Shown one piece after another: positions 20,327 through 30,331 of a stretch of DNA of 64,000 bases. The position numbers and the translations under genes were made by a program. A model generated the notes under the pieces. The model saw nothing but the letters and a program-made list of their open reading frames with translations. It was not told the origin of the DNA and did not search any database. The DNA is from Candidatus Peribacteria bacterium (GTDB lineage: Bacteria > Patescibacteriota > Gracilibacteria > Peribacterales > Peribacteraceae), in NCBI GenBank assembly GCA_041691135.1, contig JBEPVF010000004.1:1-64000 (forward strand), read 5' to 3'. The number at the start of each line of letters is the position of its first letter. The first letter of the stretch is position 1.

Positions 20327-21583
20327 ATGAGCAAAATGATGAAGTTTGAACGCAAAGGTGACAAAGAAAACTCTGCCTTCTTCGAGGAGTATCTACCGAA
20401 GATCTATGAGCGGCGCGAGAAATCAGGGCTGGATGATCTGATCGACCGGATGCGCGGCATCGTGATCCAAGTACAGACCGGCGACGCACTCGCCTACTTG
20501 GCCGAGCTGTATCTGATGACACCGTATCGCCTGATTCGTCAGTACCAAAACGCCACGCACCGTGTGTTCGTGTTGCGCGTGAAACCTGAGCAACCGGACT
20601 TGTTCGTGTTGGAACCGCTGGAACTGATGTATGCAGATACATACAGATCGTTAAACATTCCATACATGCGCGCCCGATCGAAACCCAACGTTCGCTATAT
20701 CGGCGAAATCTACGGCACGAAAAACTTGGGCGAGACACGTCGCATTTTGGAAGCGCAGGAATTCCGCTTCCGCGAGAACGCGCACAATGGATTCATCGCC
20801 AACCCGCACTTCGCATTTACCGAACCGTCGTACTACACCAGCAACTGCGTTGGTTATACATCATCTGATCTACTCGATACTGATTCACTGGAACTTGGCG
20901 AACCATTCGCCGTCGGAGCAGAAGAGCAGAAAACGCTTAACGCCACAGATGCATTGCAGCGAGAATTTGGCTTGTACAAGCTGGTTTGGGGCGTCGACCA
21001 CATGGCCTCACGCGTGCTGTGCGGCGATCGCGAGCATGCCATTCTGGAATTCTTGTGCCTCAATAATTATTACTTCTGGGGCGCATACACGATCGACGAT
21101 CAGAACAGTTCTACCAACATCACGCGCAACCCAAAGGTAACAAATGAACTGCACTCCCCCGCCAAAGTATTCACGGCCAACAACACGCCGTTCTATGTGA
21201 AGACAGTCGACGGTTTACCCTCGCCTACCGAAGATTTCGTCCGCAATTTCGGCCGGCGCATGCACCACGTGGCGTACGAAGTGGAAGACGGCCAGCGCGA
21301 AGACGGTCAGAAGAATATCGATTACGTCGTCGGCAAAATTCAGGAGCTTGGCGGTAAATTCCTGGCGCAGATTATCGGCGAATGCAAAGACTTCCCCGAT
21401 CTGAAACAGATATTCTCGCGCACGTCGCAGTACAGCAATCTGATCACCGAATACGTACAGCGCTGCAAAGGCTTCGACGGCTTCTTCACCAAGAGCAACG
21501 TCGCGTTCCTCACTCAAGCGGCAGGCTTGGATGAGAAGCTCGACAAGCAGGTGACGTCACCGCTGGCGGCGGTATTCGATTGA
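20327..21583 (+). CDS. 4-hydroxyphenylpyruvate dioxygenase-like (VOC superfamily) metalloenzyme
   Basis: VDHMA, MHHVAY, LKQIFS, ITEYVQR and GFFTKSNV parallel the HPPD motifs IDH, QHIA, LLQIFT, FEIIQR and GFGxGNF. Start uncertain (20303 or 20327). Confidence 0.65.
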   Translation: MSKMMKFERKGDKENSAFFEEYLPKIYERREKSGLDDLIDRMRGIVIQVQTGDALAYLAELYLMTPYRLIRQYQNATHRVFVLRVKPEQPDLFVLEPLELMYADTYRSLNIPYMRARSKPNVRYIGEIYGTKNLGETRRILEAQEFRFRENAHNGFIANPHFAFTEPSYYTSNCVGYTSSDLLDTDSLELGEPFAVGAEEQKTLNATDALQREFGLYKLVWGVDHMASRVLCGDREHAILEFLCLNNYYFWGAYTIDDQNSSTNITRNPKVTNELHSPAKVFTANNTPFYVKTVDGLPSPTEDFVRNFGRRMHHVAYEVEDGQREDGQKNIDYVVGKIQELGGKFLAQIIGECKDFPDLKQIFSRTSQYSNLITEYVQRCKGFDGFFTKSNVAFLTQAAGLDEKLDKQVTSPLAAVFD

Positions 21584-21607
21584 AATAAAATCACTCAAGC
21601 AAAACAG

Positions 21608-22609
21608 TTAAGCAATCGCCTGAGCATAGTGTTCCAATTCCTGCTTCTTAACTGGATTGACGCCGGCCCTACAGAACTGAATTTTGCCCGCTAACATTGC
21701 CTGTTCCACGGCTTCTTCTATGCTCTTTCCCGATTGCAAAAGCGTGCATATCACGGCCATACTTTGGTCGCCGCATCCTGTCTCGTCGTGGATGCAGTTT
21801 TCAATTTGCACGTCGGGTACAGGAATGTGTTTGCGGAGCGTGGAAGTAAAGAGGTAAGCGCCCTGCGCACCGGCAGTGACAACTGTGTTTTGGATACCAA
21901 GCTTGCGAAACAAATGAGTCGCGAGTTCGGCCGAATGAAAATCAACGATATCAACACGGGTAAGAATTTTCATTTCATGCTCGTTGGGTTTGATAAGGTC
22001 AATGCCCAGCGAGAGAAGTTCAATGTATTCCTCGTACTCAACCTTTGAAGAAATATCGCGGATACCACCCGGATCCAGTGCGACTTTCAGTCCGTGTTTC
22101 TTGGCCTTTTTAATGGCATGCTTTGCCGTTTCCAGTGGCATTTCGAGCGATAAAGCCAATAAGCCATTCTGGGTGGATGCAGCTTCGAACATCTCCGTAG
22201 CATCATCGATGTCAGCCGGGCCAAAATCACTGTTAATCCCGGGAAGAACATAAATCTGATTATTCCCTTCGGCATCAACAGGGATAAGTGCCACACCTGG
22301 AAATTTTCCGGAATCTTCGTAGTTCTGGATCTTGATATGGTCGACATTTACACCACACTCAACCAGCGCGTTATATGGCACTTTCCACAAGTTAAACGGG
22401 TCGCGGCTGGTGAGTCCTATCATCCCGACTGTCCCAGGCTGCGCCAGCATCGCAATCATTTGGGCCATATTGCGCGATTTACCGCCAGGGGCGATCTTCA
22501 TGCCCGACCCGAATGTCAGCTCACCGGCTTTTAGCAGGCGATCCACGCCCAAGGTGATAATATCGGTGTTGAGGCCGCCGACAACAATGATGGAAGGTTT
22601 GGAACTCAT
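21608..22609 (-). CDS. Ribokinase-like PfkB carbohydrate kinase
   Basis: VGGLNTD, PGGKSRN, PNEHE and DETGCGD (anion-hole motif). Confidence 0.85.
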   Translation of the reverse strand: MSSKPSIIVVGGLNTDIITLGVDRLLKAGELTFGSGMKIAPGGKSRNMAQMIAMLAQPGTVGMIGLTSRDPFNLWKVPYNALVECGVNVDHIKIQNYEDSGKFPGVALIPVDAEGNNQIYVLPGINSDFGPADIDDATEMFEAASTQNGLLALSLEMPLETAKHAIKKAKKHGLKVALDPGGIRDISSKVEYEEYIELLSLGIDLIKPNEHEMKILTRVDIVDFHSAELATHLFRKLGIQNTVVTAGAQGAYLFTSTLRKHIPVPDVQIENCIHDETGCGDQSMAVICTLLQSGKSIEEAVEQAMLAGKIQFCRAGVNPVKKQELEHYAQAIA

Positions 22610-23607
22610 TGAGTAACGGAAATGGTGAGGCGTTTCATCATGGCATCGATGATAACGGGAATTTCAGTCTTTTCAGCAGAATAGTACTGAATAGGATAAC
22701 CCCGTGGATCAGGATAGCTTTTTCCAAAGTATTCTCGATCGGTAACAATTTTGATGGCATCGGGACGCAGATGACCGTAGCCCATGAACGCCATGATGGT
22801 GAGAGGATCACAGAGTTCAAAATGAGTTTTGTGTTCCAGTCCGTACAGATTCATGAACGCCTGCATGAGTTCGATAACAAATTTTCCACCTGGCGTCTCG
22901 GATTGCATCTTCATAATAAAATCCATGGGCACTTCGAAATGAATACATGTATCCCAAGGAACGACAATCGGACGTAGCCCGGCGGCAAGTGTGATATCGA
23001 TCGCCTTCGGATCGCAGTAGAAGTTAAATTCTGCCCATGATTCCTTTTCCGTATCTTTGTTATTCCCTCGCTCATAACTTGTGTTTCGTGCACCGGCACC
23101 ACGCGTCCCACGCTCGTAGATCGCACCGCCCATGATCGTGAGTGAGTGAATGTGTTTGCCGATGTCTGATCCATAGTGGAGACACAATTTGGCAAAATTT
23201 GTACAGGGCCCGGTAATGATGTAGTCAACCGGTCCCTCAGCATCCATGATGCGAATGAGCTCCTGCAGGTAATGATCGCCTGCCGGAAGAATATTATCGT
23301 ACTTCGATGGCGGGAGCTGTACGTTGCAAATACCGTTCTTCCCCAAGAAATCTTCTCCTACTGTAAAATCCTGCGGTTCAAGTTTGTGCTCCTCCAGAAA
23401 GCCCGACGAACCGCGTATCACCGACACGTCACCTGCGCCAAGCAGGCTGAGGATGCGGGCCGAATTCTGAGTTGCATTGTCGACGGTCGTGTTGCCATGC
23501 GTGGTGATAATCGCACGCAACGGCAATCCAGAGAGAACGGCCAGCACGATAGCAATAGCGTCGTCCTCGCCGGTGTCACAATCCAGGATGAGAGGATAGG
23601 AAGACAT
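22606..23607 (-). CDS. Nucleoside hydrolase (IU-NH fold)
   Basis: DCDTGEDD Ca-binding motif, GPCTN, MGGA, AEFNFYCDP and LCDP. Confidence 0.9.
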   Translation of the reverse strand: MSSYPLILDCDTGEDDAIAIVLAVLSGLPLRAIITTHGNTTVDNATQNSARILSLLGAGDVSVIRGSSGFLEEHKLEPQDFTVGEDFLGKNGICNVQLPPSKYDNILPAGDHYLQELIRIMDAEGPVDYIITGPCTNFAKLCLHYGSDIGKHIHSLTIMGGAIYERGTRGAGARNTSYERGNNKDTEKESWAEFNFYCDPKAIDITLAAGLRPIVVPWDTCIHFEVPMDFIMKMQSETPGGKFVIELMQAFMNLYGLEHKTHFELCDPLTIMAFMGYGHLRPDAIKIVTDREYFGKSYPDPRGYPIQYYSAEKTEIPVIIDAMMKRLTISVTQ

Positions 23608-23616
23608 GGGAAGACA

Positions 23617-25614
23617 TTATGCACCAGCCGCATCCGGTGCGGTAGTCTCGAAAGCCATGCCCACATTCAAACGCGTGCCCTTACTGATGCCACGAGGATC
23701 GCGTGGCAGACGAAAAAGACTGAGGTAATGCTCAAGTTCTTCGGGTCCTCGGATAATACTCGCGGGCACCCCCTCCTGAATGGGAGCTCGTACATCGCTC
23801 TTGAACTGATCGCCGCCCATGGCAATGCGCTCAGCCGGTATACCTAAATCCGTTTGCAGCTTTCGCATGATCATTCCCTTGTCCCCTTCGCGATACGTTT
23901 TGTCCTCCACCGTACCGGGCAGATACATATCTTCGATGGTGTAAAGATCGTACTCACCATGAACGGCCGCCTCAGAAATACCCTCGTAACGGAGCATTTT
24001 GAGCGCGTGGATCCTGGGAGCAGCCGTGACGAATACCAGACGTCCGCCGCCATCGATCACCTGGCGCGCGAATGCCGCCGCTTGATCGTTCTGTTCGTAT
24101 ATCTCATCCAGGTTATGATCCCACACCTTCACGCGGAACACATGATATGCCAATGGCATCGTCGCAATGAATGCATCCGCTTCCTGATCGGCGATGTCGG
24201 GCGGCAGCGTCTGCCTGAAGATATCGCGGATACGGGCCACGGCTTTGTCGCCGTACTGCTGCTCCATCTGAGGACCGTAGTTTTTCGTCAGCCAACTTAC
24301 GAGGCCTACTTCCGTATTTGTGCCGTTGAGCACTTCATCAGCCGCCTCATGGTTGATGCCTTCGAGATCCATGATCAACTGCAACGCGTTCTCACGTACG
24401 GACCGTTCGAGCTTGGAGTTTTTGAACCCGATTCCTTCGCCGTCGACGTGCTGCATTTTGGCGATCACTCCGTCCATATCAACGCAGACCACGTCTTTTT
24501 CCGGTTTCTCGGCCACATCAAGGCGTTCGCGTGCAAACCGAAGAAAATCGGACAATTTGGTGGTGCGCAAAAAAGTGGTGAAGCCGGGCGTCCGGTCGTC
24601 ACTGACCTCGCCGTGATACCGCTGTTGCATGTAGGTCGACAGCAGCGAACGGACGCCTTCTCCGTCGCTGGCATCCGTCGGAATGCTGCGGCTCACGTCG
24701 ATCAGACGAATTTCCCTGCCCAACGTCGCTTCCAATTTCTCGATGTATGCAATGTCGATGTCCAGAATTGACCGTGAAATAGTCGGAAGATCCAGCCGGT
24801 TCTGCAGACGCAACGCTGCGCCGGAACTGAATGGCGCGAAGCCGGGAACTACATATCCCATCCGGTTACTTCGACTGGCACCGTCGTGGTTGCCGCCGAT
24901 CGCTGTGAATTCGCGCTGCTCGGCTGAGGCGATTGATCCTTTCATCAGCAATTTCGCCTGCGCATCATCCCACGGAGCGTCTGGATTGCGTACCGCACGG
25001 AAATGGAACCGGTCTTCGCCCGAGGGTGCGAGTTGAATGCCGGCTTGTTGCATCAGTGTGCGCGCTGCTTTGGATGTTCCTCCTTCCACATACGTATCAT
25101 CGACAACAAACGCCTCATATCCTTCAAGAGCTTCGGCAAGAGTCGCTAACTGCACGTCGAATGAGGGATCCCCGATGCGGGGTACCTTTCCGCCTGGGTT
25201 AGTGGTATGCATATTGTGAGCTGGCCTCGTCAAACTCAGATGTTGCACTCGATTGCCGTAATTCCTCAGACGATCGACCAAGCCGTGGAACATCGCGCGA
25301 TCGAGCACAACCGCCGCGTAGGTGGGATTATCTTCGAGTACGCGCGACAACTCGTGCATGAAGTGATCAGCTACTTCGGCTTCGGGAAAGGAAACAACAA
25401 GCCCCGGAAACATTCGCTCGTCCATTAAACGACGAACCTGGTCGAAGTGATCGGCGGCAATCTGGCCGATCTGCTCTTGTTGATAAGCGGAGAGCTCAAC
25501 GTTCCAATGTGCAACGTGGTCATGCAAAATACCTACTTGATCTCCTTGGAGATATGCTACACCGTTGTACGTTGCTTGATGGGGATACTCTGCAACTTCA
25601 GTTTCCGGACTCAT
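23617..25614 (-). CDS. Phosphoribosyltransferase-like domain fused to a HAD-family phosphatase
   Basis: N-terminal half has VVDDTYVEGGT (PRPP-loop-like); C-terminal half has CVDMDGVI, FVTAA, a Lys and GGDQFKSD (HAD motifs I-IV). Confidence 0.6.
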   Translation of the reverse strand: MSPETEVAEYPHQATYNGVAYLQGDQVGILHDHVAHWNVELSAYQQEQIGQIAADHFDQVRRLMDERMFPGLVVSFPEAEVADHFMHELSRVLEDNPTYAAVVLDRAMFHGLVDRLRNYGNRVQHLSLTRPAHNMHTTNPGGKVPRIGDPSFDVQLATLAEALEGYEAFVVDDTYVEGGTSKAARTLMQQAGIQLAPSGEDRFHFRAVRNPDAPWDDAQAKLLMKGSIASAEQREFTAIGGNHDGASRSNRMGYVVPGFAPFSSGAALRLQNRLDLPTISRSILDIDIAYIEKLEATLGREIRLIDVSRSIPTDASDGEGVRSLLSTYMQQRYHGEVSDDRTPGFTTFLRTTKLSDFLRFARERLDVAEKPEKDVVCVDMDGVIAKMQHVDGEGIGFKNSKLERSVRENALQLIMDLEGINHEAADEVLNGTNTEVGLVSWLTKNYGPQMEQQYGDKAVARIRDIFRQTLPPDIADQEADAFIATMPLAYHVFRVKVWDHNLDEIYEQNDQAAAFARQVIDGGGRLVFVTAAPRIHALKMLRYEGISEAAVHGEYDLYTIEDMYLPGTVEDKTYREGDKGMIMRKLQTDLGIPAERIAMGGDQFKSDVRAPIQEGVPASIIRGPEELEHYLSLFRLPRDPRGISKGTRLNVGMAFETTAPDAAGA

Positions 25615-25934
25615 ATATTTAGTGATGTGAAAAGAAAAGACCCGATCGAAAGGTGAAACGCGTCATATTTCTCAGACTAGAGAGGTCGGATCAACCACTC
25701 AGTCGATACGGTGCTTGTAAGACTGAATGAGAGCAACTTCCTTGCAACAAAAAGTTTGCTGAAGGTACAGAGGATGTTCTTTTTGGCTTTCTTATGGGAA
25801 AATCAAGCCTATGCAGAACAGGGATTCGCGACTGCTTTCTTGATTGCAGTGTCTAAAATAGACGAACTAGCTCTTTTATTTTTATTAAAATATTGCATAG
25901 ATAGCTAACTGTATCAAAGCACAGTCACTATTGG

Positions 25935-26126
25935 TCACGACCGCCTAATCAGCGGATGATGAGGCTGCAAGGCAGCCACAGCTAGCGCTTTCCGATCGCC
26001 AAGAAACGTGTGGATGCGGGGATTAACGCCAGCATCGGGCTTTTCCTGTAAACGGAGACGCGCCTCATCATCCGCTCCTTCTGCGTATTGTTCGTCGCTT
26101 GCATATGCACCAACATCAATAGCCAT
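25935..26126 (-). CDS. Small hypothetical protein
   Basis: ORF filling the gap downstream of sufD; no recognisable motif; start uncertain. Confidence 0.3.
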   Translation of the reverse strand: MAIDVGAYASDEQYAEGADDEARLRLQEKPDAGVNPRIHTFLGDRKALAVAALQPHHPLIRRS

Positions 26127-26198
26127 ATAGAAGAAAGGAAAGATCCTCCACATCATAGAAAAATCAAACATCCTGGCCATCTACGGGCGAATGGAAAC

Positions 26199-27401
26199 TC
26201 AGCGACGTGCCATTTTTTCCTCTATGCAGCCAAGAATTTGTTCCCGCTGAAACTCATCAGAAGTCCGCTCGGCCATATCTCCTAAAAACCCACGGATGAA
26301 CATATGTCGCGCCTCATCGCCCGGAATCCCACGCGCGCCGAAGTAAAATAAATCTTCTTCAGTGACGCGTGCCACGGTTGCGCTGTGCGATGCCTTCACG
26401 TCGTTGGTTTTAATCTCGAGTCCTGGGATCGCATCTACTTTGGACGACGCATCCAGCATCAGAACTTCCTGCGTCAGATAGGTATCCGTCCCTCCGCCTT
26501 GCAAACCGATATCGATGAGTCCGTCGCATCGCACATGAGCCGTCTGCTCGGCAATGCCCTTCATCGTGATCTCGCCACCGCCGCGTGGTGCGTCGAAGAT
26601 ATTGCGCGCCGACAACCGATGTCGCTCCGATCCCTTGGCGTAGAACATCCACTCGAGCGAACTCGTCGCATCCGCTCCGATTACGTGCGACCGATATGCA
26701 TGCTCTGCATGTTTGCCTCCCAGCGTCGCATTGCGCACTGTACAGCTTGCTCCCTGGCCCAACTGCACACGTTGCTGCATCCACAGCTCTGCCCCCACAT
26801 CCGCCGCCTGCAGGGATGTGAATTCGAGCGTGGCTCCATCATCTACGATCATCTCGACTGCATGCGACCATGTGCCGCTGGCATCGCCGCGCGGAGGAAT
26901 TTCTTGGTTGGTTTTTTCGTCGAATCCACCGCGATCATTGCGCAGGTCTTCGAAGAGCCGCACTGATGCCCCGCGTCCCACCACGATGATCAAATGTGTC
27001 GCTGCCCACGGCGCCGTATTCGTCAGTTGCAATTGCATCGGTGCATCGAGCCTCGTGTCCGGCGGTACGTACAGAAAATGTCCCAGTGAGAGGAGCGCGT
27101 AGTGACGGGCAATCAATAGATCATCATTCAGAGTGAGCAATGAGCCGTAGTGTTCCTCGAAAATCGCGCGTGCTGCAGAGTCAATCGCACCCGTTTGCAT
27201 CCCCGCGAAGATATCCATGACAAAACGATTCTCACTGGCGCCACCGGTCCCGTGCGAGAAGCCACTGCTGATCCCTTTGCCGTGCACATCGGCCGGTCCA
27301 TCCTCCATTTTGGCATACGCCGCCGCGCGACGCTCGCGCAGAAAGGGCGTTTCGTTGAGTGCTGCCGATAGTGCCTCAATAGTTTGCTGATTGGGCCGCA
27401 T
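26199..27401 (-). CDS. sufD: Fe-S cluster assembly protein SufD
   Basis: SufBD beta-helix ending IPGLEIKTNDVKASHSATV...LFYFGARGI; CATACT, 6 nt, ATG. Confidence 0.88.
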   Translation of the reverse strand: MRPNQQTIEALSAALNETPFLRERRAAAYAKMEDGPADVHGKGISSGFSHGTGGASENRFVMDIFAGMQTGAIDSAARAIFEEHYGSLLTLNDDLLIARHYALLSLGHFLYVPPDTRLDAPMQLQLTNTAPWAATHLIIVVGRGASVRLFEDLRNDRGGFDEKTNQEIPPRGDASGTWSHAVEMIVDDGATLEFTSLQAADVGAELWMQQRVQLGQGASCTVRNATLGGKHAEHAYRSHVIGADATSSLEWMFYAKGSERHRLSARNIFDAPRGGGEITMKGIAEQTAHVRCDGLIDIGLQGGGTDTYLTQEVLMLDASSKVDAIPGLEIKTNDVKASHSATVARVTEEDLFYFGARGIPGDEARHMFIRGFLGDMAERTSDEFQREQILGCIEEKMARR

Positions 27402-27603
27402 GGCCCAAGTATGGCTGAACAACGAGCAAAAAGCATCGGCAACGCACGTACTACAAACTACACATTCATCAAACAGAACATATGCCTATCCCCTGCACAA
27501 TCCACGGACATCGCAATTTCTGCTATACTGATAGCAACAAACTTCTATTTCCAACCTGAACCGCGCCGCCTAGAGCGAGCCGGATCATCTTCCATTCTCA
27601 GTT

Positions 27604-27978
27604 ATGGAAAACACACAAACTTCTCTATCAGTGATGCATGCCGCCGAAGCGGAGGTCGCCGCGCTATGCGGCAAAATCCGGAACGCCTTCATGGCCAACG
27701 GTCGTCAGTACCGCGTAAAGGGCGTCGCCATTTCCACCAAGCTCCACAAAGGCACAGTGGATGTATCGGACGCCGGCGTGCGCATCCACAATGCGCGCCT
27801 TACCGATACAGGATTACTGTCAGTTGGGTACCGTGAACTGAGGCAACTTGCCGACCAGGGATCAGCCCTCGCGAGCAGCGTCCTCGACGAAGTACATGCC
27901 GCTTTTGAAGGTATCAAACAGCGCGTCGCCAGCATCGAACAATCGATGCAATACGCGACGGAGGCTGCAAATGCGTAA
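27604..27978 (+). CDS. Hypothetical protein
   Basis: 124-aa ORF with host-like codon usage, an upstream TGCTATACT promoter and a downstream terminator. Confidence 0.6.
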   Translation: MENTQTSLSVMHAAEAEVAALCGKIRNAFMANGRQYRVKGVAISTKLHKGTVDVSDAGVRIHNARLTDTGLLSVGYRELRQLADQGSALASSVLDEVHAAFEGIKQRVASIEQSMQYATEAANA

Positions 27979-28003
27979 TTAAAAGAAGGAAAAGTGGGAA
28001 CTG

Positions 28004-28033
28004 AAGGCAGCGTAGAAGAGGCGCTGCCTTTTT
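28004..28033 (+). terminator. Intrinsic terminator
   Basis: AAGGCAGCG/CGCTGCCTT stem followed by a T run. Confidence 0.6.
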
Positions 28034-28170
28034 AGAGCGCTGAATAGTTGAAAATAAGCTAAAAGTATGGTATAGTTAACAGTTAATTCTTCACACAAAC
28101 ACCCATGGGACCATTTTCAATACTCTTTGGCTCAAGCGACGCGTCGGAAGGCATGGAGGAAGACTAGTCC

Positions 28171-28404
28171 TCACTTATCTTTAAAGTCGCCCATGTGATC
28201 ACCGACATCCATATTTGCACCGACAATAGGATCTGGTTGCCTGTTTCGACGAGCCAGAGCTCTTTCCAAACGCCTTTTCCCTTCTGCAGTCAGGAAATCT
28301 TCTGAGGGGGGCCCAAGATATGCATTGATAGAAGGAGATTCTCCTTCAGAGTGAATCCTGTTGGAACTCTCGGGAATAGAGGACTGATCGCTTTTTTCTG
28401 TCAT
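28171..28404 (-). CDS. Small AT-rich hypothetical protein
   Basis: 77-aa ORF downstream of sufB with an AT-rich promoter-like region upstream. Confidence 0.45.
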   Translation of the reverse strand: MTEKSDQSSIPESSNRIHSEGESPSINAYLGPPSEDFLTAEGKRRLERALARRNRQPDPIVGANMDVGDHMGDFKDK

Positions 28405-28460
28405 AGATGAAGAGGAAAGACAATTGCTATAATAATACTATATTTTTAAAAGTCAATAAG

Positions 28461-29894
28461 TCAACCCACACTCCCCTCCATCTCCAATTCGATCAGGCGA
28501 TTCATTTCGACTGCGTATTCGAGCGGTAACTGACGCACAATCGGTTCGATAAACCCGTTCACAATCATCGCCCGCGCTTCGTCGATCGGAATGCCGCGCG
28601 ACATCAGGTAGAACAAATCTTCTTCCGAAAGTTTTCCCACCGTCGCCTCGTGCGCGATGGTGACATCGTTATTGCGAACTTGAATGTCTGGAATCGTATC
28701 CGTGCGACTGATTTCGTCGAGGAGCAGCGCATCGCATTCGACGTTTGCGATGCAATCATGTGCATGCGGAGCAATCTTGAGCTGTCCGCGATACACCGCT
28801 ACGCCACCGCCCTTCGAAATCGATTTGCTGATGACTTTCGACGATGTGTGCGGCGCCATGTGCATCACCTTCGCACCGGTATCCTGCCATTGTCCGGCAT
28901 TCGCGAATGCAATCGCCATGTGATCGCACCGCGCGCCTTCGCCGACCAAGACTGAACACGGATAGAGCATCGTCACGCCCGATCCCATGTTGCCGCCTAT
29001 CCACTCCATCACGCCGTCGCGCTCCACGATGGCGCGTTTGGTATTGAGGTTGTACGTATCGCGGCTCCAGTTCTCGACGGAGCTGTAGCGCGCCTTGGCG
29101 CCCTGTTTGACGAAGATCTCCACGAGCCCCGCGTGTAGCGCATGCGATCCATACTTCGGTGCCGAGCAGCCTTCGATGTAGTGCGCATCGGCACCTTCTT
29201 CGACAATGATCAGCGTGTGCTCGAACTGGCCCATATTCTTGGCATTCATGCGAAAATACGCCTGCAGCGGATCGCGCACCTTCACGCCTTTGGGAACATA
29301 CAAGAATGTTCCGCCACTCCACACCGCACCATGCAGCGCAGCAAACTTGTGGTCCGTCATCGGCACGCACTTCATAAAGTACTGCTTCACGATCTCCGGG
29401 TGCTGCTGCAACGCCACATCCATATCCAGAAATATCACACCTAATTCCTCCCATTCTTTTTTGAGATTGTGATACACCATCTCGCTCTCGTACTGCGCGC
29501 CCACACCGGCGAGCATTTTGTGTTCCGCCTGGGGAATACCAAGACGCTCATATACTTTGCGGATGTCGTCCGGCACTTCCTTCCAATCATTCGTCTCCAC
29601 CGCACCGGTCCGCGCATAGTAAATGATGTCATCCAGATCCAACGCTGACAGATCCGCGCCCCACGTCGGCAGTTCTTTTTCGTGAAAGACTTTCAATGAC
29701 TTGAGCCGATGCTCCAGCATCCACGCCGGTTCGTTCTTATCTGCGCTGATCTGGCGCACCAATTCTTCACTCACGCCTTTTTTGATGCCATCCGTGTAAG
29801 GGGATGGGTTGGCTGTATCGAAGATGTCGCGGCTCAGATGACCGAAGAGCGATTCGTCAGTTTGGGAAGCCGATAAAGAAAGCGGGATAGACAC
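28461..29894 (-). CDS. sufB: Fe-S cluster assembly protein SufB
   Basis: GVGAQYESE, GQFEHTLII, YIEGCSAP, HEATVGK and EYAVEMNRLIELEMEGSVG; GTG start after TATAAT. Confidence 0.97.
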   Translation of the reverse strand: MSIPLSLSASQTDESLFGHLSRDIFDTANPSPYTDGIKKGVSEELVRQISADKNEPAWMLEHRLKSLKVFHEKELPTWGADLSALDLDDIIYYARTGAVETNDWKEVPDDIRKVYERLGIPQAEHKMLAGVGAQYESEMVYHNLKKEWEELGVIFLDMDVALQQHPEIVKQYFMKCVPMTDHKFAALHGAVWSGGTFLYVPKGVKVRDPLQAYFRMNAKNMGQFEHTLIIVEEGADAHYIEGCSAPKYGSHALHAGLVEIFVKQGAKARYSSVENWSRDTYNLNTKRAIVERDGVMEWIGGNMGSGVTMLYPCSVLVGEGARCDHMAIAFANAGQWQDTGAKVMHMAPHTSSKVISKSISKGGGVAVYRGQLKIAPHAHDCIANVECDALLLDEISRTDTIPDIQVRNNDVTIAHEATVGKLSEEDLFYLMSRGIPIDEARAMIVNGFIEPIVRQLPLEYAVEMNRLIELEMEGSVG

Positions 29895-29998
29895 TGGAAT
29901 AGGATTATAAGCTAGATTGCGGCTGTAGATAGAAGAAAAGCCCTGCATTCACATGGTTATCGGGCAATACAACGACCAGTCAGCTTCCATCGAACTTA

Positions 29999-30268
29999 TC
30001 AGTTCGTACCTCCTTTTGTTTCCACATCTAGTGGGACACCGTGTCTAATTGCCCATTTAAGTATTTTTTCGTAGGTATAGTGTCGCAAAGCAGTATTTTC
30101 AACGTAGAGGAGAAGCAAGCTTTCTAGTCTCGCCCTAGTCTGAGGAAAATGCCGCATCAATACATCGACTGCAGTACGAAGATGTAGCTCTTCCAGAGAA
30201 TTCGGGGAATCGGGAAACATTCCTTCAAGCCGATTGCGTGGAGCATCAGGAGTCATGCGAGGCGGCAT
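29999..30268 (-). CDS. Small AT-rich hypothetical protein
   Basis: 89-aa ORF with GAGG upstream of the ATG; no motif recognised. Confidence 0.45.
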   Translation of the reverse strand: MPPRMTPDAPRNRLEGMFPDSPNSLEELHLRTAVDVLMRHFPQTRARLESLLLLYVENTALRHYTYEKILKWAIRHGVPLDVETKGGTN

Positions 30269-30331
30269 CCTAACCCTCGATCAACTGACAAGAAAGCAAA
30301 AAGTCTTTCTATGAGGAGACTTCCTGACGCA

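Noticed and set aside
25650-25690. TPP riboswitch (CTGAGAAATA on the minus strand)
   Set aside because: It lacks the downstream ACCTGA...GxxAATxC...CGxAGG core and the genes are not thiamine-related; kept only as an unassigned leader.
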